Source of the DNA: Candidatus Zixiibacteriota bacterium
GTDB taxonomy: Bacteria; Zixibacteria; MSB-5A5; GN15; JAAZOE01
Length of the DNA stretch: 34,033 nucleotides
Assembly: GCA_043819555.1 (NCBI GenBank)
Contig: JBDREQ010000019.1
Location: 1-34,033, forward strand
Direction: 5' to 3'
The notes beneath the pieces were generated by a model, which was not told the DNA's origin, ran no database searches, and saw only the letters and a list, made by a program, of their open reading frames with translations. The position numbers and the translations under genes were made by a program. Shown in pieces: positions 10,156 to 20,458 of this stretch (position 1 is its first letter; every line of letters begins with the position of its first letter).

Positions 10156-11007
10156 ATGAAGAAATTGATGTTGATAATTCTGGCATCGGCAATAGCGGCA
10201 AGCGTTGTAAGCGCCGGATCAAACATTACAATTAAGGGCTCTGACACGCTTGTCAGACTCGGTCAAAGGTGGGCCGAAGAATATATGAAGAAAAATACGG
10301 AAGCTGTTATCCAGGTTTCGGGCGGTGGTTCCGGAACAGGGATTGCGGCTCTCCTAAATGGCGCTACCGATATTTGCGAAGCTTCCCGGGATATGAAAGA
10401 AAAGGAATACAAACTGGCTGAGCAAAAAGGTATCAAACCCTATCGGATTTCAGTGGCACTTGATGGAATAGCTGTTTTCCTAAACGAGAAAAATAAAATC
10501 AAAAATTTAAACTTTGCCCAACTTAAGGGTATTTACACTGGCGCTATTACCAATTGGAAAGAAGTCGGCGGAAATGATGCCAGGATTATTATTTATAGCC
10601 GCGAAAACAATTCCGGAACCTATGCTTTCTTCAAGGAAGAAGTATTGAATAAAGAAGATTATTCGGATTATACACAGACTCTTCCCGGGACAGCCGCCGT
10701 TGTTAACGCCATTGCCAATGACAAAAACGGTATCGGTTATGGCGGCATTGCCTGGGCTAAAGGTGTAAAATACGCTTCCGTTGCCAAGGATGAAAAAAGT
10801 GAATATGTCGAGCCTTCTACTGAATCTGTGTCCGATGGAAGTTATCCGATTTCAAGAGATTTGTACTGGTTTTTTAATGGAAAACCTGCCGGTGAATTGA
10901 AAAAGTTGGTTAATTGGGCATTATCGGAAGAGGGTCAGAAGGTCGCCGCTGATATTGATTACGTCCCGCTTTCCAAAGAACGGGCAATGGCAAGTTTGAT
11001 AAAATAG
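10156..11007 (+). CDS. pstS: Phosphate ABC transporter substrate-binding protein
   Basis: IKGSDT, GGGSGTGI, SRENNSGT, YPISRDLY motifs. Confidence 0.95.
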   Translation: MKKLMLIILASAIAASVVSAGSNITIKGSDTLVRLGQRWAEEYMKKNTEAVIQVSGGGSGTGIAALLNGATDICEASRDMKEKEYKLAEQKGIKPYRISVALDGIAVFLNEKNKIKNLNFAQLKGIYTGAITNWKEVGGNDARIIIYSRENNSGTYAFFKEEVLNKEDYSDYTQTLPGTAAVVNAIANDKNGIGYGGIAWAKGVKYASVAKDEKSEYVEPSTESVSDGSYPISRDLYWFFNGKPAGELKKLVNWALSEEGQKVAADIDYVPLSKERAMASLIK

Positions 11008-11022
11008 GAATCAAATTCTTCT

Positions 11023-11991
11023 TTGTCTAAAATGAAAGAATTGAAGTTCAAACCAAAATCACGTCTCGGGGAATTCATTGGCGAGAAGTTTATTGCCATA
11101 AACGCATTTGTCGCGCTAATAGCGATTGTCCTTATTTTTGTATTCATTTTTAAGGAAGCAATTCCGATATTTACCGATCCCGAAATTCAGGAAGAAGTCA
11201 CTCTGGACAAGATGATTTTCAAGCAGGAATTTTATGAAGGCCGTGACGCCAAATGGTCATGGCAGCCAAATTCAGAGGTCCCCAAATATTCATTATTTGC
11301 CCTGTTTATCGGGACTATAAAAGCCGCAATAATAGCCATGTTGTTTGCCGCGCCTCTGGGGATCGGGGCCGCCATATATTCATCGGAGTTTGCCGGAAAA
11401 CGGCTTCGGGAAATCATCAAACCGGTTATCGAAATGCTGGCCGGGATTCCTTCGGTAGTCCTGGGTTTTTTCGCATTGATTATTCTGGCGACTTTTCTGC
11501 AGGATTTATTTGGATTGACCTTTCGATTAAACGTGTTAAATGCCGGAATTGCTCTCGGCATAGCGGTCATTCCGATAATTTTCACGATAGCTGAAGATGC
11601 AATGACTTCGGTTCCGCATTCTCTTCGCGAAGCCGCGACGGCTCTGGGTGCAAATCAGTGGCAGGTATCATTTACGGTAGTTTTGCCGGCGGCGCTTCCC
11701 GGAATATCGGCAGGAGTCGTATTGGGATTCGGCAGAGCTATCGGCGAAACGATGATTGTACTTATGGCTTCAGGAAATGCCGCCATCATATCAGCAAATT
11801 TTCTGGATTCTGCCAGAACTTTTTCGGCTACGATCGCCGCCGAATTGGCTGAGGTCGTTTTCGGGAGCGGGCATTATACCGTCTTGTTTTTCATCGGCTC
11901 GCTTTTATTCATTTTCACTTTTATAATAAATCTCGGCGGTGAGATGATTTTAGCTCGGATAAAATCCAGATTCCAGGGGAAAATGAATTGA
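11023..11991 (+). CDS. pstC: Phosphate ABC transporter permease PstC
   Basis: LAGIPSVVLG, REAATALGA, GFGRAIGETM. The start may be the ATG at 11032. Confidence 0.95.
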   Translation: MSKMKELKFKPKSRLGEFIGEKFIAINAFVALIAIVLIFVFIFKEAIPIFTDPEIQEEVTLDKMIFKQEFYEGRDAKWSWQPNSEVPKYSLFALFIGTIKAAIIAMLFAAPLGIGAAIYSSEFAGKRLREIIKPVIEMLAGIPSVVLGFFALIILATFLQDLFGLTFRLNVLNAGIALGIAVIPIIFTIAEDAMTSVPHSLREAATALGANQWQVSFTVVLPAALPGISAGVVLGFGRAIGETMIVLMASGNAAIISANFLDSARTFSATIAAELAEVVFGSGHYTVLFFIGSLLFIFTFIINLGGEMILARIKSRFQGKMN

Positions 11992-12953
11992 TGGCGACTA
12001 AGGAAAAAACTACAGGCATCAATCTTGTTGCTGCAAATGATCTGCAGTTTAGCCCAAAAACTCAAGGGTATGTTCCGCGCGGATTGACTCTTGCGGCGGT
12101 AATAATAATCATCGTGATGCTGGCGATTATTTTGGGCAATATAATATATGGTGGGGCCGGAACCATTGATTGGGAATTCTTATCACATCCTCCCGAAAAC
12201 GGAATGGAAGCCGGCGGAATATTTCCCGCGATTTTTGGAACTGTGTTTCTGGTAATACTTATGGTAATTGCGGTTGTTCCGGTAGGCGTTTTTACGGCAA
12301 TTTTTTTGCATGAATACACTTCTCCCTCGTCGAAACTGACAAGATTAATAAGAGTGGCAATTAACAATCTGGCCGGCGTGCCATCGATTGTTTTTGGGCT
12401 CTTTGGCCTGGGGTTTTTCATTGCCTTTATTGGTGGGGGGCTGGATTCAATTTTCTATGAATCGGAAGGACCCGTGTGGGGACAGCCTGCTATTATTTGG
12501 GCGTCGCTGACACTGGCATTACTAACCCTTCCGGTGGTCATTGTCTCGACCGAAGAGGCTCTGAGAACCATACCGCGCGAATTAAAGGAAGCGAGCTACG
12601 CTCTTGGAGGTACAAAATTACAGACGATAGCCCGCATTATTATTCCTCAGGCTTTGCCGGGGATTCTAACCGGAGCCATATTGGCGATTAGTCGCGGTGC
12701 GGGCGAAGTTGCGCCAATTATGTTTACCGGGGCGGCCTATTATTTGCCGTATTTACCATCGAAGCTAAACGATCAATTTATGGAAATGGGTTATCACATC
12801 TATGTCATGGCGACTCAATCACCCGACATTGAAGCTACTAAACCGATATTATATGGGACAGTGCTGGTTTTATTGATTCTCACCTTCCTATTGAATTTTA
12901 TTGCAGTATACATTCGTTCAAGCATGAGGAGAAAACGTGCAGGCATACAATAA
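11991..12953 (+). CDS. pstA: Phosphate ABC transporter permease PstA
   Basis: [28 protein letters not shown]; the ATG overlaps the pstC stop (TGATG). Confidence 0.95.
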   Translation: MATKEKTTGINLVAANDLQFSPKTQGYVPRGLTLAAVIIIIVMLAIILGNIIYGGAGTIDWEFLSHPPENGMEAGGIFPAIFGTVFLVILMVIAVVPVGVFTAIFLHEYTSPSSKLTRLIRVAINNLAGVPSIVFGLFGLGFFIAFIGGGLDSIFYESEGPVWGQPAIIWASLTLALLTLPVVIVSTEEALRTIPRELKEASYALGGTKLQTIARIIIPQALPGILTGAILAISRGAGEVAPIMFTGAAYYLPYLPSKLNDQFMEMGYHIYVMATQSPDIEATKPILYGTVLVLLILTFLLNFIAVYIRSSMRRKRAGIQ

Positions 12954-13749
12954 TTCAGCAAATGGATCATTAAAAATTGATCAAGAAAATAAATCTGAAT
13001 ATAAGATGACCGTGAATGACCTAAATTTCTGGTACGGGGCCAATAAAGTACTGCATAATGTTTCGCTTGATATTCAGGAACACAAGGTAACGGCGTTGAT
13101 TGGGCCATCAGGATGCGGAAAATCAACGTTCCTCAGGACATTGAACAGAATGAACGAAACTATCCCCGGAACAAGGATGGAGGGAACTATAAAACTGGAT
13201 GATATTAATATTTATTCAGACATTAAAGACGTTTCCCAAATTCGAACCAGAATCGGCATGGTCTTTCAGAAATCGAATCCATTTCCAAAATCAATCTTTG
13301 ACAATATCGCCTATGGCCTAAAAGTTAACGGGATTAAAAACAATAATCTCATAGCCGAAGTGGTCGAGGAATCTTTGATTCAGGCGGCTTTGTGGGATGA
13401 AGTCAAAAATAATCTCGATAATAGCGCCTATATGCTGTCTGGCGGACAGCAGCAAAGACTCTGTATTGCCCGCGCCCTGGCTATAAGACCGGAAGTGATT
13501 TTGATGGATGAACCGGCTTCGGCCCTGGATCCTATTTCAACTTCCAAAATTGAGGATTTAATCGGAACATTAAAAAAGAAATATACGATAGTTATTGTAA
13601 CCCATAATATGCAGCAGGCGGCGCGAGTATCAGATTACACGGCCTTCTTTTTTCAGGGAGATTTGGTTGAATTTGGACAAACTAAAGAAATATTTACGAG
13701 ACCCCGCAAGAAAAAAACTGAAGATTATATAACCGGGCGTTTTGGATAA
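12937..13749 (+). CDS. pstB: Phosphate ABC transporter ATPase
   Basis: [48 protein letters not shown]. Confidence 0.97.
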   Translation: MQAYNNSANGSLKIDQENKSEYKMTVNDLNFWYGANKVLHNVSLDIQEHKVTALIGPSGCGKSTFLRTLNRMNETIPGTRMEGTIKLDDINIYSDIKDVSQIRTRIGMVFQKSNPFPKSIFDNIAYGLKVNGIKNNNLIAEVVEESLIQAALWDEVKNNLDNSAYMLSGGQQQRLCIARALAIRPEVILMDEPASALDPISTSKIEDLIGTLKKKYTIVIVTHNMQQAARVSDYTAFFFQGDLVEFGQTKEIFTRPRKKKTEDYITGRFG

Positions 13750-13764
13750 ATAAAAGAGGATATC

Positions 13765-14427
13765 ATGACAAAACACTTTCAGAATGAAATAGAAAGATTG
13801 AAGAAGAAAATTCTTCACCTCGCTGCAATGGTTGAGGAGAGTTTGCAGATTGCTGTAAAATCCATAATGGAATATGACATTGTCCGGGCTGATAAGGTTA
13901 TAGAATCTGATCCAAAAGTTGATTCTCTTGAAGTGGAAGTAGAAGAAGAGTGTCTAAAAATACTGGCCCTTCATCAGCCGGTCGCGGCCGATTTAAGATA
14001 TATTATCGCCGTTTTGAAAATAAACAATGACCTTGAGCGAATTGCCGATCTGGCTGTCAATATTGCCGAAAGGACTAAAACTGTGGCACGGCATCCGGAT
14101 GTAGAGATACCTTTTGATCTGCATAATATGCTCAACATTACCGTTGAGATGGTTAAGGACAGTGTTGATTCACTTGTTACCAGCGATACTCAAAAGGCAA
14201 TTCAAGTAATAAATGATGATGATAAAATCGATGACCATGATGCCAATGCTTTCAATTTAGTTCAAAAGCAGATTAAAAAATATCCCGAGTATTCTGAATA
14301 TTATGTCAGCCTTCTAAGTGTTTCGCGAGATCTGGAACGGATTGCTGATCATGCCACAAATATTGCCGAGGATGTGATTTATATGATTGACGGAGAAATA
14401 GTCCGACATCAAAATAAATTGAAGTGA
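13765..14427 (+). CDS. phoU: Phosphate signalling protein PhoU
   Basis: QPVAADLR plus the duplicated DLERIAD-x-A-x-NIAE motifs. Confidence 0.96.
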   Translation: MTKHFQNEIERLKKKILHLAAMVEESLQIAVKSIMEYDIVRADKVIESDPKVDSLEVEVEEECLKILALHQPVAADLRYIIAVLKINNDLERIADLAVNIAERTKTVARHPDVEIPFDLHNMLNITVEMVKDSVDSLVTSDTQKAIQVINDDDKIDDHDANAFNLVQKQIKKYPEYSEYYVSLLSVSRDLERIADHATNIAEDVIYMIDGEIVRHQNKLK

Positions 14428-14502
14428 ATAGTCAAATCCGGGGTTGATAGAAAAAGAATGATATTGACCGGGTAAATAATATCACCATAAATGAAAATGC
14501 CG

Positions 14503-14572
14503 AATCAATAACTTATAGGTAGACAGGCCCAGAATAATATGGTGGAGCTCCTTATGGGAATTTTGCGAATAT
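14503..14572 (+). repeat. Dispersed att-like motif, family A copy 2 (degenerate), with an IHF-consensus site
   Basis: TGGTGGAGCTCCTTATGGGAATTTTGCGAA at 14540 aligns without gaps to the family. AATCAATAACTTA (14503-14515) fits WATCAANNNNTTR. Confidence 0.45.
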
Positions 14573-14699
14573 TCACAATTTAAAACAATTTATGGTGGTC
14601 TAAGAAAATATTTGTTATGAATATTGTTCCTCCTATATTTAAAATACAAAAGCAAACAGTCTTGACGACGAATTGAAGTTATTTATACGGGATACAATT

Positions 14700-15170
14700 A
14701 TGAACTTTCGACCTGCCACAAAAAATGATCTCAAAACAGTTATGTCATGGATACCGGATGCTGAGACATGTCTTATCTGGGCGGGACCCAAAATCAAATT
14801 TCCTTTAAAGTTGAAACAATTACATCAAGCTATCGAGTTCGAAAAGACTCACACTTATTCTTTTGATGATGAAAATAAATTACTGGCCTTTGGTCAGATC
14901 AGAATATTTGAAAATAACAGAGGACATTTATCTCGAATAATCGTCAATCCAGCTTCAAGAGGCCAGGGTATCGGTCGGTTGTTTTGCAAAAAACTAATCA
15001 ACGAAGCCAAAATACTTAAATGCCAAATAATTTCATTAAACGTCGTTAAAGATAATTCTATAGCGAAAAGTCTTTATAAAAAGCTGGGTTTTATAATACC
15101 ATCCAAGCGGCCAGCCGAAATCCGAGAAAACATCATCTATATGGAACGGGGAAAGACTAATCGCAATTAA
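14700..15170 (+). CDS. GNAT-family N-acetyltransferase
   Basis: FRPATKND start, IIVNPASRGQGIG acetyl-CoA motif and N-x-x-A-x-x-LYKKLGF. Confidence 0.9.
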   Translation: MNFRPATKNDLKTVMSWIPDAETCLIWAGPKIKFPLKLKQLHQAIEFEKTHTYSFDDENKLLAFGQIRIFENNRGHLSRIIVNPASRGQGIGRLFCKKLINEAKILKCQIISLNVVKDNSIAKSLYKKLGFIIPSKRPAEIRENIIYMERGKTNRN

Positions 15171-16523
15171 TTAATCTATCGCCATTATATCTTGTTCCCC
15201 TCGTTTGATATCGAATCGGTTTGGTTCGGGATCGACATTCAATTTTATTTCTAAATGATTGATAATCTGTTCTCCAATATTATGTGCCACTTTTTGAAGT
15301 GTTGGATGCACAAACCTGGAATCTCGAATTTCCACCATATAAACTGTCGCCGGCAAATCTCCCGTAAATCTATTCGAAGTATTATATCCTATCGGTATAA
15401 AATATTGTTGTTGTTCTCTCGGAATTTTCAATTCACCGATTACCTTTTTAATCATTTCTAAATGTTCCGGCAGTTTTTCTCTTACTTTATCCGGAAGATT
15501 ATCAATATACCATTGATTAAATCCCAGTTCGGTGGTAAGCAGGGGCATCCGTTGAGTTATCGCACGGTGTCTTTGAATATCTCTAAAGGAACCAAAATCT
15601 AATTGATATTTAATATCAAGAGTGCCTATTTGCCCAACATATTTCGGAAGTCCTGTCTTGGGAGGCCTTTTCTTGAAAAGCTCACTACATTTTTTCAATT
15701 CATCATGATTAATATTGCTAAAATTAATTTCTGGTTCATCGGGGCATTCAGGATCATAATAATAATAATTTTCCGCTATTAAGTCTTGATATGCTTCAGT
15801 ATCTTCAGGTATTTCATGCCCAAAAGAATGAGGGTGGTGTTTTTGAAGCGCTTCTTTTATGGCTGAAGCCATGTTTCTAACTTCAGGTAAAGGATGATGC
15901 ATTAAAAATAGCAATTTATCGGCTGCCTGCCTGAGATCCGTATGCCAGGCAAAATTCGTCGAAGCTCCTGCCGGAAGAAGACTTCTGGTAATATCAAAAG
16001 TCCGGGCATCTATTGCTTTTTCATAGATAGATTTTTTTTCTCGTTCGTTTCTGGGATGAAGTATTTTTAAACACTCTCTCGTCGGTTCTTGAGCATCAAT
16101 ATAGAATTGTCGTTGCCTTTCTAACAGGGTCTTTCCTTCTTTTGTCTGGGTGGGATCAATAAAGGACTGCTTTGAAAAATCAAGATACCTTGTAGAAGAT
16201 TCCTGTCCTCTATAAAGAGGGTTATCCTGAACCGCTTTTACCGCGGGCATAGATACGCCTTCAATGAATATTGTCGTGTCTCCACAATCGCCTATTGAAT
16301 GATGTCCATAACCGACATAGAATTTCTCCATAAAATTGTCGGCCCCTTTTTCGGCCAGGATTTTCAAATGACTTTTCAGGCCCTCGGTAGAACGTGAATG
16401 CAGGGCCTGCAGCATCGCTTCCGCCTCGGCATCAATAACGGCACCGGTATCAAGGATGATTACCTCTCCACCGCCTTTAATATTTACTTTTGTATGTTTT
16501 AAATCAGAAAGACTTTTGGCCAT
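15171..16523 (-). CDS. thyX: FAD-dependent thymidylate synthase, long two-domain ThyX type
   Basis: YGHHSIGD, QESSTRY, RSLLPAGA-x-TN and RDIQRHR motifs; 450 aa is about twice a canonical ThyX. Confidence 0.8.
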   Translation of the reverse strand: MAKSLSDLKHTKVNIKGGGEVIILDTGAVIDAEAEAMLQALHSRSTEGLKSHLKILAEKGADNFMEKFYVGYGHHSIGDCGDTTIFIEGVSMPAVKAVQDNPLYRGQESSTRYLDFSKQSFIDPTQTKEGKTLLERQRQFYIDAQEPTRECLKILHPRNEREKKSIYEKAIDARTFDITRSLLPAGASTNFAWHTDLRQAADKLLFLMHHPLPEVRNMASAIKEALQKHHPHSFGHEIPEDTEAYQDLIAENYYYYDPECPDEPEINFSNINHDELKKCSELFKKRPPKTGLPKYVGQIGTLDIKYQLDFGSFRDIQRHRAITQRMPLLTTELGFNQWYIDNLPDKVREKLPEHLEMIKKVIGELKIPREQQQYFIPIGYNTSNRFTGDLPATVYMVEIRDSRFVHPTLQKVAHNIGEQIINHLEIKLNVDPEPNRFDIKRGEQDIMAID

Positions 16524-16665
16524 CGTTATTCCTCTAAATCAATTTTGGTAAGAAGAAAGGCATATTTCGTTCACGGTCAAATATATAATGGAAATATTTA
16601 AATGGCTATGAGAAAATAACACTTTCAAAACATTAATTTAGGGTCAAACTCACTTGGTTGACCAT

Positions 16666-16760
16666 CCCAAGATCACACTCCCCATACTTTTGTGGAATTC
16701 AATGTTTAGGTGGAAACAGCCTATGTGACAACAAGCGAAACTCTTTGGAGGGGAATTGGA
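16666..16760 (+). repeat. ~95-bp dispersed repeat, family B copy 1
   Basis: Ungapped manual alignment to 17421-17515 gives about 59/95 identities. Confidence 0.65.
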
Positions 16761-16779
16761 TACAATCAGCCTAAATTTT

Positions 16780-17280
16780 CTAAGTCTTATATTCATCTTC
16801 CAGGATTGAATAGCATAGAAGATCGGTAAACTTATCTCCAATAATAATTGCCTCTCTCATGACTCCCTCTTGCACAAATCCGACTTTCTTTATAAGACGT
16901 TCCGAGCGATCATTACCCAGGGTAGCAACAACCCATACACGGTGCATATGAAGGGCATCAAAAGCATACTCCAACATCCTCTTGAGTACAAATTCTCCAA
17001 TTCCTCTGCCCCAGTAGTCAACCTCACCGATTATCAATATCAACTCGCACTTGCGATTTTTCTCGTCTATTGATTCCACGGCGGCATAGCCAATAATTCG
17101 GCCATCGTCAATAACGGCCTTTAGCCATATTTTGGGATGGGTTTTGACCTTATTAAACCATGCCTCGGCTTCTTCTTTCGATTTAAGTCGATTTGATAGA
17201 TGGCGATTGACAATTGAATCATTTCTCCATCGCACTACAGCATCTAAATCATCTACCATTAAATCACGAAATTTCGTCAT
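16780..17280 (-). CDS. GNAT-family acetyltransferase (RimJ/RimL type)
   Basis: RWRND, IGEVDYWGRGIG, N-x-RS-x-RL-x-x-KVGFVQEGVMRE. Confidence 0.9.
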   Translation of the reverse strand: MTKFRDLMVDDLDAVVRWRNDSIVNRHLSNRLKSKEEAEAWFNKVKTHPKIWLKAVIDDGRIIGYAAVESIDEKNRKCELILIIGEVDYWGRGIGEFVLKRMLEYAFDALHMHRVWVVATLGNDRSERLIKKVGFVQEGVMREAIIIGDKFTDLLCYSILEDEYKT

Positions 17281-17416
17281 TTGCATTCTCTCTTGTAAGA
17301 TATTCTTCATTTCCCGAATTACTCGCGCTATTTCCGGCTATCTCTTTTAAAATAAATTGGTTGCGCCAAGACTTCAATAGAAATGTTCGACCCATATCTT
17401 ACCCTTGAGTATATAA

Positions 17417-17511
17417 CGGCCCCAATATAACCCTCCCCAAACTTCTGTGAACTTCCAGTTTCCAGTGCGGTGATACTATGCCACCATCAATAGAACTTGA
17501 TGGAAGACAAT
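17417..17511 (+). repeat. ~95-bp dispersed repeat, family B copy 2
   Basis: Ungapped manual alignment to 19327-19421 gives about 71/95 identities. Confidence 0.8.
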
Positions 17512-17602
17512 TGAATGCTGATAGTCACTTGTCACATTTTACCAATTTGTAGTTCAAATCATAAAAACTCTTCTCTTATAACCAACGTGATTTCGATAAT
17601 AT

Positions 17603-18339
17603 CTAAATAATGGGTAATTTCCCGGTAATCAGGTAATTGACAATTGTGTAGATAATCCCCCCGATCGCACCACCGATGTTTGCCAGTATATGAACGGCAA
17701 TGGCAGGAATGAGACTGCCGGTTTTTGCTCTCAGGTGTCCGGCCATAAGACCGATCGACAAGGTGAAAAAGAAAACTACGACCATCGTAGTCGCATCAAC
17801 TCCTGCAAACAGTAGCACGAAATGCATGCACGCGAAAAACAGTGCGCTGATCAAAACAGGCAGCTCAATACGCACGAAGAGCAACCTGAAGTACTTACCT
17901 GACAAGACAGACAGATGTCCCCGGAGGAATCCACGCGTGAACACCTCTCCTATTATGCTAGAGAAGATCCACACGAACAACACTATCTGGAGAAAAGTAA
18001 GACTCTTGACCAGAGGATTTCCATTTCCACCCAGTGCAAAAATCCGGGTGTTGCGACTATGCCCAGCAACGGCGCGATCAAGCTGATTCGTATCCATCGG
18101 GTTTTGGCTTTTACGAACTGCTGACTTGCTCTTGGCCGACAAAAGCCGTATTCAGAAAACTTACTCTTACCAAAGACCACTATGGCCAGCAGTGAAAGAA
18201 TTAATTCCAATCCCTGTATTGTCATCAATCCCGGAAGTACACTGGAAAATATTAGCTTTGGTAGTACTATTGCTATTACATATATCCCGATTGCAACCGA
18301 TAGTGCCGTGGTGACCTGGGAAGTATTATTGGTGGCCAT
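17603..18339 (-). pseudogene. CPBP (CAAX/Abi) intramembrane protease, frameshifted near 18045
   Basis: The N-terminal half lies in ORF 17983-18369 and the C-terminal half (FTRG, FACMH, AVHILAN) in ORF 17603-18142. The span is 737 nt, one base short of 246 codons. The catalytic EExxxR motif reads GEVFTR. Confidence 0.75.
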
Positions 18340-18481
18340 AAACATGCTCTCCTTACATATAATAGTCATAATACTCGCCGCGACGCATAGTGATAACTTC
18401 TGCCTCGACCATTTCCGTTTACTTGTTGCGGGAGTATTCGGAAACCAAAAAATTAGATATACATTGAGCTTTCAATATCAA

Positions 18482-18514
18482 TGGCGGGGATCAATAGACG
18501 AATTTTGCGACCTT
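18482..18514 (+). repeat. Dispersed att-like motif, family A copy 3
   Basis: TGGCGGGGATCAATAGACGAATTTTGCGACCTT has 27/33 identities with 31070-31102. Confidence 0.7.
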
Positions 18515-18648
18515 TTAAGATATTAATGGGTCACTACAGCTGTAAATGAATTGGCAAAAGAACTTGTTAAATTGTGAAGTTTCGTAAATGCTTGCGGATT
18601 TTCGCCAAACCAAAATAAATTTTCTATCCCCGATACCTACGGTAACTG

Positions 18649-19029
18649 CTAATTCCATCCGCCGTTGGTTGTGCGCAATATTGTGCCATTTCTTCCAACC
18701 GTAGTGCATTTGTTGGCATCAGTAAGACTTACACCTAATAGATCCTTGCTCGTACCGCTCGTCTGGATCTTCCAGGAAGCACCGCCGTTGTTTGTCCGTA
18801 ATATTGTGCCATTTTCTCCAACCGCAGTGCCGTTGTTGGTATCGGTGAAACTTATAGCATAAAGATCATTCCCTTGTGGAATGGGGTTTTGCCAGAACCA
18901 CCCAGTTTTACCCTCTCCAGGCTTGGCAGGACCAGTCGGATTATCGCCGGAACAACTCAACAGTAGTATTACAGCAGCCGATACAATCGCCATGAGAGAT
19001 GGACGATTATAAACCTTTTTGTGATTCAT
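18649..19029 (-). CDS. Short lipoprotein with two YCF48/BNR-type repeats (possibly truncated)
   Basis: Lipobox LLLSC; WFWQNPIPQGNDL; repeats AVGENGTILRTNNGG and TVGRNGTILRTTNGG. Confidence 0.75.
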   Translation of the reverse strand: MNHKKVYNRPSLMAIVSAAVILLLSCSGDNPTGPAKPGEGKTGWFWQNPIPQGNDLYAISFTDTNNGTAVGENGTILRTNNGGASWKIQTSGTSKDLLGVSLTDANKCTTVGRNGTILRTTNGGWN

Positions 19030-19326
19030 TGGAATTTCTCCTGAGCCTGTACATCACTTTCCTGCCTGCAGTCAGCTGTATTCTTGCCAGTCCTAATAGG
19101 TCTTCACCGTGGTTTCACTTGATTAATTGTTGTCCAAAGGGAATTTGTGCAAATCAGAGTTCATGCTCTTGTCATTGTCCAGATGTTCAGACACAAGCAT
19201 ATCCCTATTGACCTTAACAAAATAAACAAAAATATGTGATTCATCAACAATAAATATGGTTAAATCAATCTCTGAATAGTGTTGCTCCACTTAAAAAAAA
19301 CCATTGCAATGGCATGAAAGTCAAAG

Positions 19327-19421
19327 CGGCCCCAATATCACTCTCAGAAAACTTATGTGACCTTCCAATTCGATGTTCAGTTACACTATGCTGCAGTCAA
19401 TGGAACTCGTTGGAAAACAAT
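19327..19421 (+). repeat. ~95-bp dispersed repeat, family B copy 3
   Basis: About 75% ungapped identity to copy 2. Confidence 0.8.
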
Positions 19422-19471
19422 AAGGTAGTGTAGTCTTTATGGTAAATACGCAGGAGATTTAGATCGTTTTG

Positions 19472-19845
19472 CTATTTCGAATCAGCCAATTTAACCGTTG
19501 CAATAAGCACTTCCGACGAACCAACAGCACGACTTTTGTGTCCCTTTCCAGTAATATCTTCTACAAGGACTATACTACCGGGACCAAATTGCCTTATCTC
19601 ACCGTCTGAGGTCTCTGCTTCTATCTCACCTGACAAGTAAAAATGTATTTGGCGATACGGGGCAGGATGCCAATCGCCGTACCAACCCACAGAACCTTTC
19701 AACAATGAACAAGATTCAGTGGGCCAAATTCCGATAAATTTAATGGAGGGGCAGGCGGTGCAAAATCAATTGACCTGAATTCAACTTCAACATCTTCAAA
19801 ATGTGATTCACCATTTTCATCAGTGTACAACCGCGTATAAGTCAT
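19472..19845 (-). pseudogene. Cupin-domain protein, frameshifted near 19721-19723
   Basis: ATG at 19845 gives MTYTRLYTDENGESHFEDV...APPAPPLNLSEFG; the next frame gives PTESCSLLKGSVGWYGDWHPAP...EDITGKGHKS. The span is 374 nt, one base short of 125 codons. Confidence 0.8.
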
Positions 19846-19866
19846 TGTTTTAATCTCGCTTCTCTT

Positions 19867-20400
19867 TTAGGGCTGGCCGTTTTGAGAAGGAGGCGGGAAA
19901 AACCCTAGTTGTGATAACATTGCGACATTGTCCCAGCTTACCCATGACTCAGCAATCTTACCATCTTCGAAACGGTGGACAATGATATTGACACATGTAA
20001 ATGTCTTGCCAGAGGCAGGGAGTTCTCCCATCACCCCGGTCTGCGTCCCTTTCATTGTTGTAACATATGCAACTTTGTCACTGTCTGCCACGATTACATC
20101 AATTGTCTCGCTGAAATCTGAAACAGCCGAGATGAAATCGCTAACAAACGCCTTCAATGGTTCGCTACCGTACATCTCCTGCAAATCAGGAGGCATTGCC
20201 TGACAATGCCTAACATAGTTCGGAGCCAGAGTTTTATCAAAAACATCCATATTCCCTTTGGCCATCTCTGAATGTACATAGCGAATCGTAGCAACATTAT
20301 TTTCTTCCAAGCTTGCGAGGTCGTTATTTTGGGAACATCCTCCCAGGAAGACCAGCGTTAAAGAAACTACCAAATAAATGACACGTCTACCCATATTCAT
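19867..20400 (-). CDS. SnoaL-like ester/polyketide cyclase family lipoprotein
   Basis: Lipobox FLGGC; DKVA...GTQTG...PASGK...RFEDGKIAESW...MLSQLG. Confidence 0.88.
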   Translation of the reverse strand: MNMGRRVIYLVVSLTLVFLGGCSQNNDLASLEENNVATIRYVHSEMAKGNMDVFDKTLAPNYVRHCQAMPPDLQEMYGSEPLKAFVSDFISAVSDFSETIDVIVADSDKVAYVTTMKGTQTGVMGELPASGKTFTCVNIIVHRFEDGKIAESWVSWDNVAMLSQLGFFPPPSQNGQP

Positions 20401-20458
20401 TGTTCTCTCCTTTCAGATTAGACTCTTAGAGTATATTGATTTAGAGGTCTAATCTCAA

